From: Actinomycetes bacterium | Lineage (GTDB): Bacteria; Actinomycetota; Acidimicrobiia; Acidimicrobiales; JABEUL01 | DNA: 64,000 nucleotides | Direction: 5' to 3' | Assembly (NCBI GenBank): GCA_021852345.1 | Contig: JAJZNL010000012.1 | Coordinates: 286-64,285 of the forward strand | Shown here: one piece after another, positions 53,299 through 63,763 of the stretch | Numbering within the stretch: the stretch's first letter is position 1 | Layout: every line of letters starts with the position of its first letter | Translations under genes and position numbers: made by a program | Notes under the pieces: generated by a model | Databases searched by the model: none | What the model was told of the DNA's origin: nothing | The model's input: only the letters and a program-made list of their open reading frames with translations

Positions 53299-54234
53299 CT
53301 AAAGACAATTATTTTCGCTGATATCACACCTTATTGTTTCAGGTTCAATCGTAAGATGATCGATATGATAGGTTTTAGCGAGCGAAGATTTTACGGAGTT
53401 GATTATATCTTGAACCGCATCCAAAGAGCAATTGTTTTCTATCATGATGTGAGCTGACATTGCATAATAGTCAGAAGAGATGGACCAAATGTGAACATCG
53501 TGCATATTTGCAATATTTTCCATAGATTCAACGGATTTAATAACGTCTTCAATATTTATATCTATAGGAGTCGCCTCCATCAGTATATTCCATGATCTAA
53601 CAATTAATTTGTAAGTGGTGTAAAGTGCAAAAGCGGAAATAAGTATAGCGGCTATTGGATCTAGCATCTTTAACTGTCGGTCGGCCATAGTTGCCAGACC
53701 GACGGCAACTATCATCACCGAGCCAATTGCGTCAATTAAAAAATGTACCGCCGTAGAGGTGGTCATCAAATTACCTTTATGCGATAATCCAAATCCGGTT
53801 TTTGAATTTGAACTCGAAATAATGGCCACCGCTAGGTTGCTTAAAACAGAAATCGACCCCATAACGATCAGATTAAGCGAAATTACTCGAATTGGATGAC
53901 CGAATCTTATTGTTGAAAATACAATCAACAAAACTGCAGTTATCCCTATTACTCCAGCGTTGAATACGGCAGCCAATATGGAAGTGCGCAAATATCCAAA
54001 TGTCTTTTTGTTCGTTGGCGCTTTTGTAATCAAATAAGCGGCGATGATTGAAACTCCCACAGCCAAACTGTCGGAAAAATCATGTCCCGCATTTGCTAAA
54101 AGCGCCAATGAATGTGAAAAAACCCCAACTGCAACTTCTCCCAAGATTGTGACCAAACTGATACAACCCACGATCGCAAGAGACTTTAAATTTTCTCCGC
54201 TTTTGCTTCTGTAGTTTTGTTCTGTCGGTTCCAA
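53299..54234 (-). CDS. Cation diffusion facilitator (CzcD/ZitB-like)
   Basis: SLALLANAGHDFSD, TFGYLR, HFLID, HDVHIW, HLTIEPE. Confidence 0.9.
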   Translation of the reverse strand: MEPTEQNYRSKSGENLKSLAIVGCISLVTILGEVAVGVFSHSLALLANAGHDFSDSLAVGVSIIAAYLITKAPTNKKTFGYLRTSILAAVFNAGVIGITAVLLIVFSTIRFGHPIRVISLNLIVMGSISVLSNLAVAIISSSNSKTGFGLSHKGNLMTTSTAVHFLIDAIGSVMIVAVGLATMADRQLKMLDPIAAILISAFALYTTYKLIVRSWNILMEATPIDINIEDVIKSVESMENIANMHDVHIWSISSDYYAMSAHIMIENNCSLDAVQDIINSVKSSLAKTYHIDHLTIEPETIRCDISENNCL

Positions 54235-54399
54235 TATGACCCAAATTTTCCAATATGACCCAGTATTAAGCTTATCGGATATATTTTAAAAGAAGTTGAT
54301 AGGTAAGATTAGCGGTAGTTCAAGAAGTTTTGGTCTGATGGGTTGTTATTTTTTATTAACCTATAAATAGAAAATAAACTATCTTAAAAGCGAGAATAT

Positions 54400-54717
54400 A
54401 TGTTGGATCAAACTGAATTAGAAGAGAGACAAACCGGGCTGAAGCGCGTACTTGATTTAATGCGTCCCGCCATAAAAGATGACGGCGGAGATTTGGAACT
54501 GGTGGATGTGGACTATGAGATTGGATATGTAAAGGTCAAATTGTCTGGAGCGTGCGGGTCATGCGCGCTGTCGGGCGCTACTCTTGAGGCAGGAGTGGAA
54601 AGAATCCTAAAAGGAAGATTGCCCTGGGTGGAACAAGTGGTCGGAGAGGTAGATGATTCCATGAGCTTTGAAGAATCACACAGTCTGGGTACGGGGTCTT
54701 ACGTTCCCAATTTGTAA
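54400..54717 (+). CDS. NifU-C/Nfu-type Fe-S carrier
   Basis: RPAIKDDGGDLEL, GACGSC, TL.AGVE. Confidence 0.9.
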   Translation: MLDQTELEERQTGLKRVLDLMRPAIKDDGGDLELVDVDYEIGYVKVKLSGACGSCALSGATLEAGVERILKGRLPWVEQVVGEVDDSMSFEESHSLGTGSYVPNL

Positions 54718-54830
54718 ATATTTAGGTATCTAGACCAAGACGTGTTTGTAATTGTAAATTCGAAAAAGGACTTACGGTAAAAAGCTTAATAAGTCGCACT
54801 TTTTTATCGCTGAAGGTTCGCAATTTCCGA

Positions 54831-56009
54831 TTGTTTTTTATCGGTCAGGTGATCTCTGTTAGTGGAACTTGGGCACAAAGTTTCGCACAGGGCTGGCTGG
54901 TTCTGACGCTAACAAAAAATGACCCCGTTGATTTGGGAATAACAACCGCATTTCAGTTTTTACCAATCCTATTCTTGGGCCCCTGGGGAGGTCTGATAGC
55001 CGACAGATACGACAAGCGAAACATACTTTTTATTACCCAAACTGTTTCTGCCATTCAGGCTGCGTCCTTGGGCGTAATGGTTTTGACCGGAACAGCTACC
55101 TTTGCCTGGGTAATTGTATTTGCATTTTTGTTGGGGATGGTTAACGTATTTGATAACCCTGCCAGGCAGTCATTCGTATTGGAAATGGTTGGCAAACAGT
55201 ACGTTTCTAATGCAGTAAGCCTCAATTCGGTTTTAGTAAATATGGCTAGAGTCGTCGGACCAGGGGTATCGGGAATTTTAATTGAAACGCTTGGTATCGG
55301 TTACAGCTTCGTATTTAATGCAGTAAGTTTTGTCGCCGTCATTTTCGCTTTGTATCTTATGTCGAAAAATGAGTTATTTCTGATACCTCCCGTAAGTCGA
55401 CAGAAAAAACAATTACAAGAGGGGTTTAAGTACGTTTCGCATAATCGTGATCTTTTGGTCCCACTGATATTAATGGCAATTATCGGAACTTTGGCGTACA
55501 ATTTTCAGGTCACGTTGTTGTTGTTGGCCAAGCAGACATTTAAACTTGGCGCCGGAAGATCCGGGCTTTTCTTTACGATAATGGGGGTGGGCGCAATAAT
55601 CGGCGGATTAGTAGTTGCTAACAGGAAAACCCCTACAAATAGAAGTTTTTTATTTGTGGCGTTTTTATTTGGGATACTTTTAAGCATCTTGGCCGTTGTC
55701 CCCAAAGTTGTATGGGCATATGTTGTATTGGTGCCGATGGGTGCATTTTCCATAGCTTACGTTGCTCAGTCCAACACTCTTCTGCAAATAAGGTCTAAGC
55801 CTGAATATAGGGGTCGAGTAATGTCCTTGTACTCGGTCGCTTTTTTGGGATCTACGCCGATAGGTTCTTTTATCGTTTCTTTTGTAGCTGCAAAAACTAA
55901 CCCTCGAAGCTCAATTTTGCTTGGAGGGCTGTCTACTGTTTTGGCAGTTTTAATTGCCTCTTTTATACTTAAGCGAAGAGGCCAAGCTGATCCGATGACA
56001 AAAAAATGA
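54831..56009 (+). CDS. MFS transporter (open frame extends upstream; true start likely near 54777-54789)
   Basis: GQVISVSGTW, GG.IADRYDKR, FDNPARQ, RGRVMS; about 12 TM helices. Confidence 0.9.
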   Translation: MFFIGQVISVSGTWAQSFAQGWLVLTLTKNDPVDLGITTAFQFLPILFLGPWGGLIADRYDKRNILFITQTVSAIQAASLGVMVLTGTATFAWVIVFAFLLGMVNVFDNPARQSFVLEMVGKQYVSNAVSLNSVLVNMARVVGPGVSGILIETLGIGYSFVFNAVSFVAVIFALYLMSKNELFLIPPVSRQKKQLQEGFKYVSHNRDLLVPLILMAIIGTLAYNFQVTLLLLAKQTFKLGAGRSGLFFTIMGVGAIIGGLVVANRKTPTNRSFLFVAFLFGILLSILAVVPKVVWAYVVLVPMGAFSIAYVAQSNTLLQIRSKPEYRGRVMSLYSVAFLGSTPIGSFIVSFVAAKTNPRSSILLGGLSTVLAVLIASFILKRRGQADPMTKK

Positions 56010-56056
56010 CGTTACGCAGATATAACTTTGGCAATCAAATAAGTTGTTTTGTAATC

Positions 56057-57292
56057 CTAACTCGCCTTAGGCTCTTTAGGTAAACCTAGAATTCTTTCGG
56101 CTACAATATTTCGTTGAATCTGTGCCGTTCCTCCCCAAATTGTTTCGGATCTTGAGAAGAAAAATGAGGCCTGAAGAGTTGACGCCGGATAATTCTTTAA
56201 AATTGTTCGATCTGGAAGTCCGGGCAAAGGCGACTCACCCGAATTTAATGATCCAGTTAAGATTTGTCCTTCCATACCCAGTATGTCAATTGCGAGTTCC
56301 ATTACGTCTTTGTGATATTCAGACCAATACATCTTATTCGTGGCACTTAATGCCGCAGAGGAGTTATCATTGTTTAAAGCCGAAGTCAGAGACCTGAGTC
56401 CGTTTATCTGCATGATTTTAACTTTTGAATATGCCGTAGCTAATCCCTGTCGAATATTTGGATCAGAAATCTTGCCGTTGCTTTTGGCGATTTGAATAAT
56501 ATTGTTGAGCTCTTTTTCAAATCGTCTGTGTCCAGTGGTCGCAGACGTACCTCGTTCGAATCCCAAAGTTGTCATGGCGACGACCCAACCGTTATTTACG
56601 CCCCCTACGACATTATCTTTGGGGCATCTTGCATCCGTAAAAAATACTTCGTTGAATTCTGCACTTCCGTCTACTTGGATAATGGGTCTTATCTCTACGC
56701 CTGGTTGTTTCATCGGTACTAACAGATATGAAATTCCTTTGTGTTTTGGAACATCGGGATCCGTTCTCGCCAATAAAAATATGTAGTCAGCGTGTTGAGC
56801 TTGTGTAGTCCATATTTTTTGACCGTTAACAACCCACTCGTCTCCGTCTAAAACGGCTTTGGTCTTAAGCGAGGCCAAATCAGATCCGGCATCAGGTTCA
56901 GAGAATCCTTGACACCAGGCAATTTCTCCAGACAATATTTTTGGTAAGAATTCCTTTTTCTGTTCTTCGGTCCCCCATTGCAAAATGGTGGGCCCTACTA
57001 GAGTGTCGCCAAAAAAGTCAGCTTTTATAGGGGCGTTGGCATTGGCAAATTCTTCATTTAAAACAACCAGCTCGATTAAGGACAGACCCTTACCTCCGTA
57101 TTCTTTGGGCCATGCCGCACAAATCCAACCTCCATTGTTTAACTTTTCAACCCATTCTTTGGAAAAATTCGCTCTTTGCTCGTCAGACATTTCAAAACCT
57201 TCTTGTCCCCAACCTTTAGGTAGGTTTTCATCTAGCCAAGTTTTAATTTCTTGTCTGAAAGTTTCTGTTTCTTGCGGGTAAGTTAAATCCAT
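56057..57292 (-). CDS. Acyl-CoA dehydrogenase
   Basis: WCQGFSEPDAGSDLA, NGQKIWT, FNEVFF, TIWGGTAQIQRN. Confidence 0.94.
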   Translation of the reverse strand: MDLTYPQETETFRQEIKTWLDENLPKGWGQEGFEMSDEQRANFSKEWVEKLNNGGWICAAWPKEYGGKGLSLIELVVLNEEFANANAPIKADFFGDTLVGPTILQWGTEEQKKEFLPKILSGEIAWCQGFSEPDAGSDLASLKTKAVLDGDEWVVNGQKIWTTQAQHADYIFLLARTDPDVPKHKGISYLLVPMKQPGVEIRPIIQVDGSAEFNEVFFTDARCPKDNVVGGVNNGWVVAMTTLGFERGTSATTGHRRFEKELNNIIQIAKSNGKISDPNIRQGLATAYSKVKIMQINGLRSLTSALNNDNSSAALSATNKMYWSEYHKDVMELAIDILGMEGQILTGSLNSGESPLPGLPDRTILKNYPASTLQASFFFSRSETIWGGTAQIQRNIVAERILGLPKEPKAS

Positions 57293-57341
57293 AATTAATA
57301 GGTTAGCTGAAATTTTTATTCATTTTTTTAATAATGTTCAT

Positions 57342-59018
57342 CTAGCCTGTCCATAATCTGGCCAGTTTTATGACTAAAGCAATGACGGCTAAAATAAGGT
57401 ATCCCCTTAATACGAACATGGAAACTTTAAACAGCATGGTTCGTTGGGGTTTGTTTATTAAAGCAAGCGACGGAGTCGACCACTGCTGCCTTTTTTCGGC
57501 CAATAACATTTTTCGATGGCTTCTGCTTGTTTTTTCACCCGCTAAGCTGGTATTTTTTGTCAGTAGATGTCTATGCTGAACTCTTTTAACGATTCCGACT
57601 GGTATTCCGATTGTCAAGGATATTATTAACAACCATTCCATTATGACAACAGAATTAACATTTGGGAAGACGGTGTTAATGGTTATCACCAGCGAAAGAT
57701 CTACAAGAGCAAATACTATTATTGATGCCAAGATGTTTAACCAGGACGAGTTTACCCAAGGACCTAGCAGCTCTGAGTCGTTGCACAGTAACAACAAAAA
57801 AACTATTGCACTCGGAAGTAAAATTCCGGCAAGTATCTGCACGTAGTAAGTTATGAGTCCCAATGGAACGTGGGGTATTAAAATAAGTCCGGCCGCCAGC
57901 GCTATTTGCGACCCGTAAGTTAGATAAAACCCTTTTGCTTCGCTGAATTTTTTGTGAAGCGAATGTTTTAGTCCAAAAGTGTCACCGTAAGCATAGGAGC
58001 TTGACAAGGATACAGCCGCCGCTCCCAAAAGCGCGGCATCTATTAAGAGTACGGAAAACATGTCTCCCACATAAGAACCTATCGTGCTTCCTAAAGACTT
58101 TGCTACGCCCAACGAATTGGTAAAGTTATTGAAATATTTGGTGTTTGCAAAAGCGAATGCCGTAGTTATCATTATTGCAATGGCGGCAATGTTTGTAACG
58201 GCTGCCCCGATGAAAGTATCTGCTCTTTCGTACTTTAACCATCTCGGAGTAATTCTCTTGTCGATGACATTGGACTGTTGAAAAAATAGTTGCCAAGGAG
58301 CGATGGTCGTGCCGACTATGCCGACTATCATCATTACGGCTCCAGTATTCCAACCGCCGAAGGCCGATGGAACTACAAGACCTTTAAGGATGGGATGGAG
58401 CTGAGGCCTAACCGAAAACATCATTACGAATTCAACCAGCGTTATAAAAATTAAAACATATAGAAACCTTTCCCATCTACTGAATGAACCCGTTATCGCA
58501 ATTAAAAACAGAATTACTGCGCTTACAGGTACCGAGATATAGCTGCTTATACCAAAATAGCTAAAGCCGAATGAAATGCCTATAAACTCTGTGGCAAGAG
58601 TCAAAAAGTTGAGAACAAATAAATCGACTACCGAAAACATCGCCCACCATTTCCCAAACCGTTCTTTAATGAGTTTGCCGTGACCAATTCCAGTTACCGC
58701 TCCGAGTCGAGCCACCATCTCTTGGGCTATCATCAGCACGGGGATCAGAAGAAATACTACCCAAAGTAATGTTGTTCCATAGGACTGGCCAGCCTGCGCA
58801 TATGTTGCGACGCCGCCAGCGTCGTTGTCGCCGATCATGACGATCAATCCTGGACCCGCTATCGCTGCAAAAGCGGTAAGTTTTTTAACCAAAGACATTT
58901 TGGGAATATCGTCGTGGAGCGAAACGCTACCGAGCGCACCTTTGATTTTTAGATTTTCTTGGGCGATTGATTGTGCAGCTACTGCACTTTCAGTAGTTTG
59001 GTCTGCGAATTCTGCCAT
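57342..59018 (-). CDS. NRAMP-family divalent metal transporter (DNDAGG subtype, often Mg2+-linked)
   Basis: GPGLIVMIGDNDAGG..TY, QEMVARLG, GTTIAPWQLFFQQS. Confidence 0.9.
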   Translation of the reverse strand: MAEFADQTTESAVAAQSIAQENLKIKGALGSVSLHDDIPKMSLVKKLTAFAAIAGPGLIVMIGDNDAGGVATYAQAGQSYGTTLLWVVFLLIPVLMIAQEMVARLGAVTGIGHGKLIKERFGKWWAMFSVVDLFVLNFLTLATEFIGISFGFSYFGISSYISVPVSAVILFLIAITGSFSRWERFLYVLIFITLVEFVMMFSVRPQLHPILKGLVVPSAFGGWNTGAVMMIVGIVGTTIAPWQLFFQQSNVIDKRITPRWLKYERADTFIGAAVTNIAAIAIMITTAFAFANTKYFNNFTNSLGVAKSLGSTIGSYVGDMFSVLLIDAALLGAAAVSLSSSYAYGDTFGLKHSLHKKFSEAKGFYLTYGSQIALAAGLILIPHVPLGLITYYVQILAGILLPSAIVFLLLLCNDSELLGPWVNSSWLNILASIIVFALVDLSLVITINTVFPNVNSVVIMEWLLIISLTIGIPVGIVKRVQHRHLLTKNTSLAGEKTSRSHRKMLLAEKRQQWSTPSLALINKPQRTMLFKVSMFVLRGYLILAVIALVIKLARLWTG

Positions 59019-59098
59019 TCATCTTGTTCCTTTCTTCGGTTCAACGGATTTATATTGAACCTCCGGAACGGCCGTTTAGATGATTTTCAAGACAACTG

Positions 59099-59176
59099 TT
59101 ACGTGATTGAAACCAGTCTTATAGCTCCGGAGGTATTAAATAACAAAGTCTTACTTGGGGGTTCTGACTTAGTCAA
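59099..59176 (-). CDS. Putative 25-aa leader peptide MTKSEPPSKTLLFNTSGAIRLVSIT upstream of the NRAMP gene
   Basis: Strong SD AAAGGAGG 5 nt before a TTG; TAA stop 80 nt upstream of the NRAMP ATG; overlaps one arm of a 9-bp stem. Confidence 0.45.
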   Translation of the reverse strand: MTKSEPPSKTLLFNTSGAIRLVSIT

Positions 59177-59230
59177 CTCTTCCTCCTTTTCTATATAGTT
59201 CTTAACAACAGTTACTCTAATGATTCTAAA

Positions 59231-59545
59231 TTTGCACAATTACCACTTATTAATAAATAAATTAGTTATTATCCTAGTAGGTTAACTTATGCAGTTGTTT
59301 ATTGTAGTACCCAACGTGCCCATCTTAGTAGGCGCTTCTAATTTCTAAAACCTGTTTTTTATTGTCTAGATCCAAATATCGTTGATATCAATAACATCGA
59401 CCACAATTTTACTTTACGGCAACCGATGAATTGGCTACGATAGGCGATTTAACCAGTATTTCTAGGCTCTTATGGGCAACTATTTATAATTATACCAGAT
59501 TAGAATCTATGGTTAGACCACCGACAACTGGTAACTTCTCCTAAC
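59231..59545 (-). promoter_or_regulatory. Possible degenerate/expanded M-box (ykoK)-like leader
   Basis: In-order partial matches GTTAGGaGAaG, TGCCCA, CGCC..ATGGG, CATAAG, GTGCAAA; TGCCCAT/ATGGGCA complementary; next to Mg-transport genes. Confidence 0.3.
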
Positions 59546-59580
59546 AACAGAATATTGTGAACAGAAACCGGTTATTAAAT

Positions 59581-60918
59581 TTAACTTCGGTCAACCAAAG
59601 CTCTTTTTCGCCAATTCTCCGGCACCAATTTTTCAAGGATATCGTCGACTGTTATTACTCCCACCAGTCGGTTTTCATCATCCACTACCGCCAGCGAATA
59701 AAGATTAAAATCACTCATCAACGTTACTATCTCTGGAAAGTCAGCACCGGTTTGTATGGTCGGAATATCGTTATGAAATATGTCTTTAACTTGGCTATCA
59801 AAATTTAACTTAATTAATTCGGCCGTTCGGATGTATCCCAAAAGTACGTTGTTGCCGTCTACGACGAATACTGTGTCCATGAGCGTGGGATTCAACTTAG
59901 AGTGTTTTAACTCTTGTAATACTCTATCGACAGTTATTTCAGGATCTATCTTGATTATCTCGGAGTTCATTAAACCTCCTGCAGTCTCTGAGTTATACCC
60001 TAACAGCTTTCGTAGATCTTGCTGCTTTTGAAAGGGAATTAGCTTAAGTACAGGTTCCCGCCTTTCTTGCGTCAATTCGGCAATGAGATCTGCGGCGTCA
60101 TCGGGTTCCATATTAGAAAGTAGTTCGGCGATCTCTTCATTTGAACGTCTTGAGACAATGTGGATTTGGTGGTCATCTTCCAACTCCTCTATCACATCGG
60201 CTTCAAGCTCTTCGTTTTCGCCCACGGCATCGAGAATTTCCTCTGATTCAGCCGTATTGGCTGATTCAAGCAAATCAGCAAGTTCACTCGGATGGATATC
60301 AGCCAATTTATTGTGTCGAAGTCTTAGTTTGGAGGTTGGTACGTGACTCATAAATGGTTCTACGTTTAAAAAATCTATTTTATGGTGCAGGTCTCCTTCG
60401 GACTGTTTTCGCTTAATTATAGACTTTATTTTTCCCTGCCGAAGCTGTATTAACGAAGTGAGAGACCAGCTGTTGTTCAGTTGGGTTATGTGGAAATCGT
60501 CGGCTTTAACTAAGCTTGGGTGGTGTTGTTTGCTAATGTGAATTAATTTATGATTTAAAATATCTCGAGCCAGTAAAGCTTCTTTCGGTCTCCTTAAAAA
60601 CGGTTCGTAATTGGAGGGACTGTCTGGGGCCAAAACAATTTTGTTGGGTTTTATTTGAATGACGTATCTGATCGGTATAAAAAATTCCGATCCGTGAGAA
60701 ATCATTAACAGTCCAGTTACCGGCGGATAGCTTTCTTCGTCGAAACGAGCAACCATGTCAATTACTTTGCCCACAATTTGATCGTACCGTGTGTGATCAT
60801 CACGTATGCGATCTTGGTGCTCAACCACTGTATCGCTACCACATATTATCGGGAGGTCAATCAGACCTTTAAGAGAATATGACGACGTTTCGTCAAAGTC
60901 TTCGATTTTATTACTCAT
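59581..60918 (-). CDS. MgtE N-terminal + CBS-pair protein lacking the MgtE membrane domain
   Basis: IHPSELADLLE, MEPDDAADL, TAGGLM, VVDDENRLVGVITVDD; no TM region. Confidence 0.85.
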   Translation of the reverse strand: MSNKIEDFDETSSYSLKGLIDLPIICGSDTVVEHQDRIRDDHTRYDQIVGKVIDMVARFDEESYPPVTGLLMISHGSEFFIPIRYVIQIKPNKIVLAPDSPSNYEPFLRRPKEALLARDILNHKLIHISKQHHPSLVKADDFHITQLNNSWSLTSLIQLRQGKIKSIIKRKQSEGDLHHKIDFLNVEPFMSHVPTSKLRLRHNKLADIHPSELADLLESANTAESEEILDAVGENEELEADVIEELEDDHQIHIVSRRSNEEIAELLSNMEPDDAADLIAELTQERREPVLKLIPFQKQQDLRKLLGYNSETAGGLMNSEIIKIDPEITVDRVLQELKHSKLNPTLMDTVFVVDGNNVLLGYIRTAELIKLNFDSQVKDIFHNDIPTIQTGADFPEIVTLMSDFNLYSLAVVDDENRLVGVITVDDILEKLVPENWRKRALVDRS

Positions 60919-61035
60919 CGGCTATCACTAATATCTTAACCTAAATTTAAATTTTACACAAGATATTTTATTGATAACGAGAATTATCTAGTCTGTGGAA
61001 CCGTTTGTGCGGTGCTTAGATTAAAGCGAGGTAGA

Positions 61036-62862
61036 CTACCGAGTTCTGGTTTTTGCTCTGGACTGCGCCGCCAAAACAACCTTCCTTATTCGGGTGTTTT
61101 TTGGCGTTACTTCGACACACTCATCTTCGGTGATAAATTCCAGAGCTTGCTCCAGGTTTAATATTTTTGCCGGTGTCAGTTTTTCAAAAACTTCCGATGT
61201 TGATGAACGCATGTTTGTCAACTTCTTTTCTTTAGTCGGGTTTACGTCCATAGAGTCGGTTCGAGAGTTTTCACCGACAACCATTCCTTCATAAACCTCC
61301 GTACCCGGTGCAACAAAGAGAACTCCTCTCTCCTGCAGAGAAGTTAGGGCATAGGATGTGGTCGATCCTTGTCTATCTGCAATAAGACTTCCGTTACGTT
61401 TCAGCTTTAAGTCTCCGGCATATTCGTCATAACCGTCGTATATATGATTTAATACACCGGTTCCACGGGTTTCGGTTAGAAATTCGTTCCTCAATCCGAT
61501 TAGGCCTCTTGCAGGGATTCGATAATCCAATCTGATCCAACCAGAACCGTGATTGACCATTTCGTTAAGAGTACCTTTTCTCAATGCAAGTAGTTGGGTT
61601 ACAATTCCCAAATAATCTTCGGGGATATCCACGGTAACGCGTTCAAAGGGCTCGAATGTTTTACCATCAATCTCTTTTGTAATTACCTTCGGTTTCCCGA
61701 CGGTCAGTTCAAATCCTTCTCTTCGCATGGTTTCTATCAATACGGCAAGCTGGAGTTCACCTCTGCCCAGCACTTCATATGTTTCGGGCTTGTCGGTACT
61801 GCGAACTTGGATGGAGACGTTACCTATAGTTTCTTGATCTAATCGGTCTTTTAGGATTCGCGAAGTAAGTTTAGTTCCTTCTTTTCCCGAAAAAGGAGAT
61901 GTGTTAATACCGATAGTCATTGCCAGTGAAGGTTCGTCTACCGTAATTACTGGAAGTCTTTCGGGAAAATCGGCGTCGGTCAAAGTTTCGCCGATTGTAA
62001 TTTGATCGATTCCCGCTACGGCGGCAATCTCTCCTGGTCCTACGGAGTCACACGAGACTCTTTCAAGGCCCTTGGTCGTGTAGAGCTCTGAGATTTTTAC
62101 CGATTCAGACGAACCGTCCAGCTTTATCCACATTACCGTTTGCCCCTTTTTTACATAGCCATTTTTAACTCTGACTAGTGCAAGCCTTCCGAGGTATAAA
62201 GATGCGTCCAGATTAGTTACAAGCGCCTGGAATTTTTTATCGGGTTCATAGGAGGGCGGTGGTATTGTAGACAAGATTTCTTCAAATAGAGGGCTTAAAT
62301 CGGTTCCCGTCTCTCCTTTTTGATTTGAGCACCAGCCGTTTTTGGCACTTGCAAACAAGATTGGAAAGAGGATCTGGTCTTCATCAGCATCCAAATCCAA
62401 GAACAACTCCTCTATCTCGGTTATTACTTCGTCAATTCTGGAATCTTCTCTGTCAACTTTATTAATGACAACAATAACTGGGAGGCGAAGTCTCAGTGCT
62501 TTTCGCAGGACATATCGGGTTTGAGGTAAGGGCCCTTCTGAAGCATCAACTAATAGCAAGACTCCGTCCACCATCGTAAGGCTCCGTTCTACCTCCCCTC
62601 CAAAGTCGGCATGCCCGGGCGTGTCTACTATTGTTATTACAGTGTTATTATAAATTACAGACGTGTGTTTGGCAAGTATGGTGATTCCTTTTTCTTTTTC
62701 CAAGTCGTTGGAATCCATAACCCTGTCTTTGACCTCGCCTCGATTCGAGATGGATCCGGTTTGCATCAGCATTTTGTCGACCAGAGTAGTTTTTCCGTGA
62801 TCGACATGTGCCACGATTGCAATATTTCTAAGTTCGTTTCTGGTAGTTAATTTGGTTTTCAT
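61036..62862 (-). CDS. typA: Translational GTPase TypA/BipA
   Basis: [43 protein letters not shown]. Confidence 0.97.
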   Translation of the reverse strand: MKTKLTTRNELRNIAIVAHVDHGKTTLVDKMLMQTGSISNRGEVKDRVMDSNDLEKEKGITILAKHTSVIYNNTVITIVDTPGHADFGGEVERSLTMVDGVLLLVDASEGPLPQTRYVLRKALRLRLPVIVVINKVDREDSRIDEVITEIEELFLDLDADEDQILFPILFASAKNGWCSNQKGETGTDLSPLFEEILSTIPPPSYEPDKKFQALVTNLDASLYLGRLALVRVKNGYVKKGQTVMWIKLDGSSESVKISELYTTKGLERVSCDSVGPGEIAAVAGIDQITIGETLTDADFPERLPVITVDEPSLAMTIGINTSPFSGKEGTKLTSRILKDRLDQETIGNVSIQVRSTDKPETYEVLGRGELQLAVLIETMRREGFELTVGKPKVITKEIDGKTFEPFERVTVDIPEDYLGIVTQLLALRKGTLNEMVNHGSGWIRLDYRIPARGLIGLRNEFLTETRGTGVLNHIYDGYDEYAGDLKLKRNGSLIADRQGSTTSYALTSLQERGVLFVAPGTEVYEGMVVGENSRTDSMDVNPTKEKKLTNMRSSTSEVFEKLTPAKILNLEQALEFITEDECVEVTPKNTRIRKVVLAAQSRAKTRTR

Positions 62863-63649
62863 AGCTTGATAAATTTAATTTTTTCGTTGGTTCATTTGAA
62901 CATTTGTTTATATTGATTATATTGATTTTATTTAAGTCGTTGTCACCGAAAAGAAACTAAATTCGATCCAATTTCAATAACTGATTTATTTGAACATTAC
63001 AGCTTTCTTAGATTTTTTGTTTGATTTTGTATCGACTTTACTCTATAGGCATTAACTCTATCGAAATAGGATTCGTTGAATTAAATTAGGAACATAGCGC
63101 TATTGACGTTGCAAAACATCCAATGTTTGGTTGGTGGTTTTTTGCGAAAATGAAAAATAAGTTAGCAAACTAATTAAATCTTAAGTCTGCATATTTATGT
63201 TTTGTTGACCGGTTTTTCGATTTAAGTTTGTGTCTTTAACCAAATTGCAAGGACACATCTATTTTAATCCATAATTTTGTGACTGCCGCAACAGATTTAT
63301 TAATGTTCTGAAATATTGCTTGTCATTGAAAAGCTTATTGGTCCATAAAGCAGAAAGTTTATCGACAACTGGAGCTGTAAACTTCGAAAAGGCGCTATTG
63401 CCATCGCTCTTTTTAAAGGCGTTAGTTCACCTAAGTTTCCCAAATTAATAAAAATTAATGAAAGGTGTTGTCTCAATAAAGACAGGTTTGAATCGCAGCT
63501 TTCATCTCCATGATGTCCGCTGTACTTCGGCGTGATTCTGTTTTCGCAAAAAACTTCGACCGTTTTGCAACCGTGGCTTATTCATCGATAATTTATTAAG
63601 TGGACTAATGTCTCCAAAATTTTGGATTAGAAGTTGCAACTGCAGCCTA

Positions 63650-63677
63650 CTTAAGTATATTATTCAATATACTTAAG
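63650..63677. promoter_or_regulatory. Perfect 12-bp inverted repeat (candidate operator)
   Basis: cttaagtatatt-attc-aatatacttaag, about 87 bp upstream of the SRPBCC gene. Confidence 0.5.
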
Positions 63678-63763
63678 ATATACTAATGACATCAAAAGTG
63701 TTGTACTCCAATAGTGTTGCTCTGCAGAATTGAAGTTAGGCGTAATAATAAAGGAATAAAAAT

